A DNA stretch of 64,000 nt from Acidimicrobiales bacterium (GTDB lineage: Bacteria > Actinomycetota > Acidimicrobiia > Acidimicrobiales > JADJXE01): the NCBI GenBank assembly GCA_016716005.1, contig JADJXE010000001.1:3440521-3504520 (forward strand), read 5' to 3'. The stretch's first letter is position 1. Each line of letters starts with the position of its first letter. Shown here one piece after another: positions 62,488 to 64,000 of this stretch. Made by a program: the position numbers and the translations under genes. The notes under the pieces are model-generated. The model searched no databases. It had not been told where the DNA came from and saw nothing but the letters and a program-made list of their open reading frames with translations.

Positions 62488-63185
62488 GCGTCCCCACGGG
62501 TCTGGCGCCCGCGGCCGTGGGGAGACGGCTCGCCGTGCTCCGCGAGCGGATCGCGGGAGCCGGCGGCGACCCCGAGCGGGTTCGCATCGTTGCGGTCACC
62601 AAGGGCTTCGGGGTCGAGGCGGCCCGGGTGGCGCTGGCCCTCGGGTTGGTGGACCTGGGCGAGAACTACGCCCAGGAGCTCCTCGCGAAGGCGGCCGGCT
62701 TGGCGGCCGGGGTGGACCAGGGTGGCCCGCGCCCGCGCTGGCACTTCATCGGCCGGTTGCAGGGAAACAAGGTGAAGGGGCTGGCCCCGTTCGTCGCCCT
62801 GTGGCAGACGGTCGACCGGCCGTCGCTCGTGACCGAGCTTGCCCGGCGGGCGCCGGGCTCGGCCGTGCTCGTGCAGGTGAACGTGAGCGGCGAGCCCCGG
62901 AAGGGTGGGTGCGCGCCCGACGACGCACCCGGGCTGGTGGCGGCGCTGCGAGACCAAGGCCTTGCGGTCCGGGGGCTCATGGCCGTGGGGCGAACCGGCC
63001 CGCCCGAGCTCGCCCGGCCCGGGTTCGCGGCGCTGGCCGCTCTGGCCGACCGGCTCGGCCTGCCCGAGCGATCGATGGGCATGTCCGCTGACCTCGAGGC
63101 GGCGGTGTGCGAAGGGGCGACGATCATCCGCGTCGGCGAGGCGCTGTTCGGCCCCCGTCCCGCAGCCGCGGTGGCGCGGCACTAA
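62484..63185 (+). CDS. yggS: YggS-family PLP-binding protein (YlmE)
   Basis: GTG 62484 overlaps the pgeF stop. PLP-Lys motif IVAVTKG, HFIGRLQGNK, SMGMSADLE. Confidence 0.9.
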   Translation: MSVPTGLAPAAVGRRLAVLRERIAGAGGDPERVRIVAVTKGFGVEAARVALALGLVDLGENYAQELLAKAAGLAAGVDQGGPRPRWHFIGRLQGNKVKGLAPFVALWQTVDRPSLVTELARRAPGSAVLVQVNVSGEPRKGGCAPDDAPGLVAALRDQGLAVRGLMAVGRTGPPELARPGFAALAALADRLGLPERSMGMSADLEAAVCEGATIIRVGEALFGPRPAAAVARH

Positions 63186-63206
63186 CCTGACGGCGGAGGA
63201 ACCGGC

Positions 63207-63749
63207 ATGGCATCCATGTGGCGCAAGGCCATGATCTATCTCGGACTCGGTCCGGACGACGAGTACGACGACTTCGAAGAGGCCCAGCCGCGCGCCCAGC
63301 CGCCCAGGCGCCAGCCCGCCGCGGTCCGCGCCGAGGCGGGGCCCGAGCCGGTCGAGTCGGGGGGGTCGGTCCGCACGATCACGCCCGTGCCGGTGGCGGC
63401 GTCGCCGGTCGAGCGATCGACCGTCACCGCTCGGCCGACGCCCGGCCCCGTGGTGCGGCCCATCGCCCCGCAGGTCTCGGCCCGGCCGCAGGTCCTGTCG
63501 CCGACCTCGTTCAACCAGGCCCAGGAGATCGCCGACCGCTTCAAGGAGGGGCTGCCGGTCATCGTCAACATGCAGAGCCTCGACCGCGACCTGGCCCGGA
63601 GGCTGATCGACTTCGCCAGCGGGCTCTGCTACGGCCTCAGCGGGCACATGGAGCGGGTGGCCCAGAGCGTGTACCTGCTCACCCCGTCCAACGTCGAGGT
63701 CTCCGCCGAGGAGAAGCGCCGCCTGCAGGAGCGCGGGCTGCACGACTGA
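63207..63749 (+). CDS. sepF: cell division protein SepF
   Basis: 180 aa. N-terminal amphipathic MWRKAMIYLGL, a disordered linker, and the C-terminal core FNQAQEIADRFKEGLPVIVNM...LIDFASG. Confidence 0.9.
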   Translation: MASMWRKAMIYLGLGPDDEYDDFEEAQPRAQPPRRQPAAVRAEAGPEPVESGGSVRTITPVPVAASPVERSTVTARPTPGPVVRPIAPQVSARPQVLSPTSFNQAQEIADRFKEGLPVIVNMQSLDRDLARRLIDFASGLCYGLSGHMERVAQSVYLLTPSNVEVSAEEKRRLQERGLHD

Positions 63750-63764
63750 GCCCGTCCCCGGTTC

Positions 63765-64000
63765 GTGGCCATCCTCTGTCAGATCGTCGTCGTCTACACG
63801 TACGCGATCTTCGCCCGCATCATCCTGAGCTGGTTCCCGGTGTCCGGCCAGGGCGTGTTCGCGAGCGTCTACCAGTTCCTGGTCACCATCACCGAGCCGC
63901 TCCTGGGGCCGATCCGGCGCGTCCTGCCGCCGATCGGGATCGGTGGGATGGGCCTCGACCTGTCGCCGATCATCGCGGTCCTGCTGCTGCAGCTCGTGGT
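63765..64000 (+). CDS. yggT: YggT-family membrane protein (3' end outside window)
   Basis: GTG 63765. ...YTYAIFARIILSWFP...ITEPLLGPIRRVLPPIGIGGMGLDLSPII is typical YggT, in the canonical post-sepF position. Confidence 0.8.
   Translation, partial: MAILCQIVVVYTYAIFARIILSWFPVSGQGVFASVYQFLVTITEPLLGPIRRVLPPIGIGGMGLDLSPIIAVLLLQLV

Overview
This is a very GC-rich actinobacterial core-chromosome segment. All six frames are stop-poor, so most long ORFs in the track are artefacts. I support about 65 protein genes, one decayed IS110-family element and several repeats or regulatory sites. I saw no rRNA, tRNA or CRISPR. Family names come from motifs I recognise by eye, not from a database search.

Left third: a rubrerythrin / HdrD-like Fe-S / DUF3501 trio, a WhiB-family gene and trpD. 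Next comes a DEDD-exonuclease::GIY-YIG fusion, divergent from a Zn-ribbon gene plus a NYN(YacP/Rae1-like) gene. These are followed by queG, a GT4 glycosyltransferase, SRPBCC plus a 788-aa degenerate SMC-like coiled-coil protein, pgl, an eRF1/Pelota-like (baeRF) protein, a ROK glucokinase and ppa.

Middle: an aminotransferase, TetR plus an ACT protein, glpK, pfk, trkA with two tandem trkH, and an SDR. Then mtrA-mtrB with a mini GerMN lipoprotein, IMPase, ppm1, NUDIX and dinB. These are followed by the IS110 remnant, an esterase, DUF3040, a MoxR-DUF58-transglutaminase operon, a second ROK protein, an acyl-CoA dehydrogenase, HNH and an LplA-like gene.

Right third: a tightly coupled dcw cluster, mraZ-rsmH-ftsL-ftsI-murE-mraY-murD-ftsW-murG-murC-murB-ftsQ-ftsZ-pgeF-yggS-sepF-yggT, with no murF.

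I found no convincing self-contained novel multi-gene system such as a defence island. The best candidates for undescribed biology are:
- a near-perfect 61-bp x ~3.7 tandem repeat abutting a consensus-like mraZ promoter that sits among phased GTGGG boxes;
- a structured 225-bp mraZ-rsmH spacer;
- the baeRF protein with an inserted Zn-ribbon;
- the coiled-coil-extended NYN nuclease with its small Zn-ribbon partners;
- the P-loop-less SMC-like protein;
- the rubrerythrin/HdrD-like/DUF3501 module.
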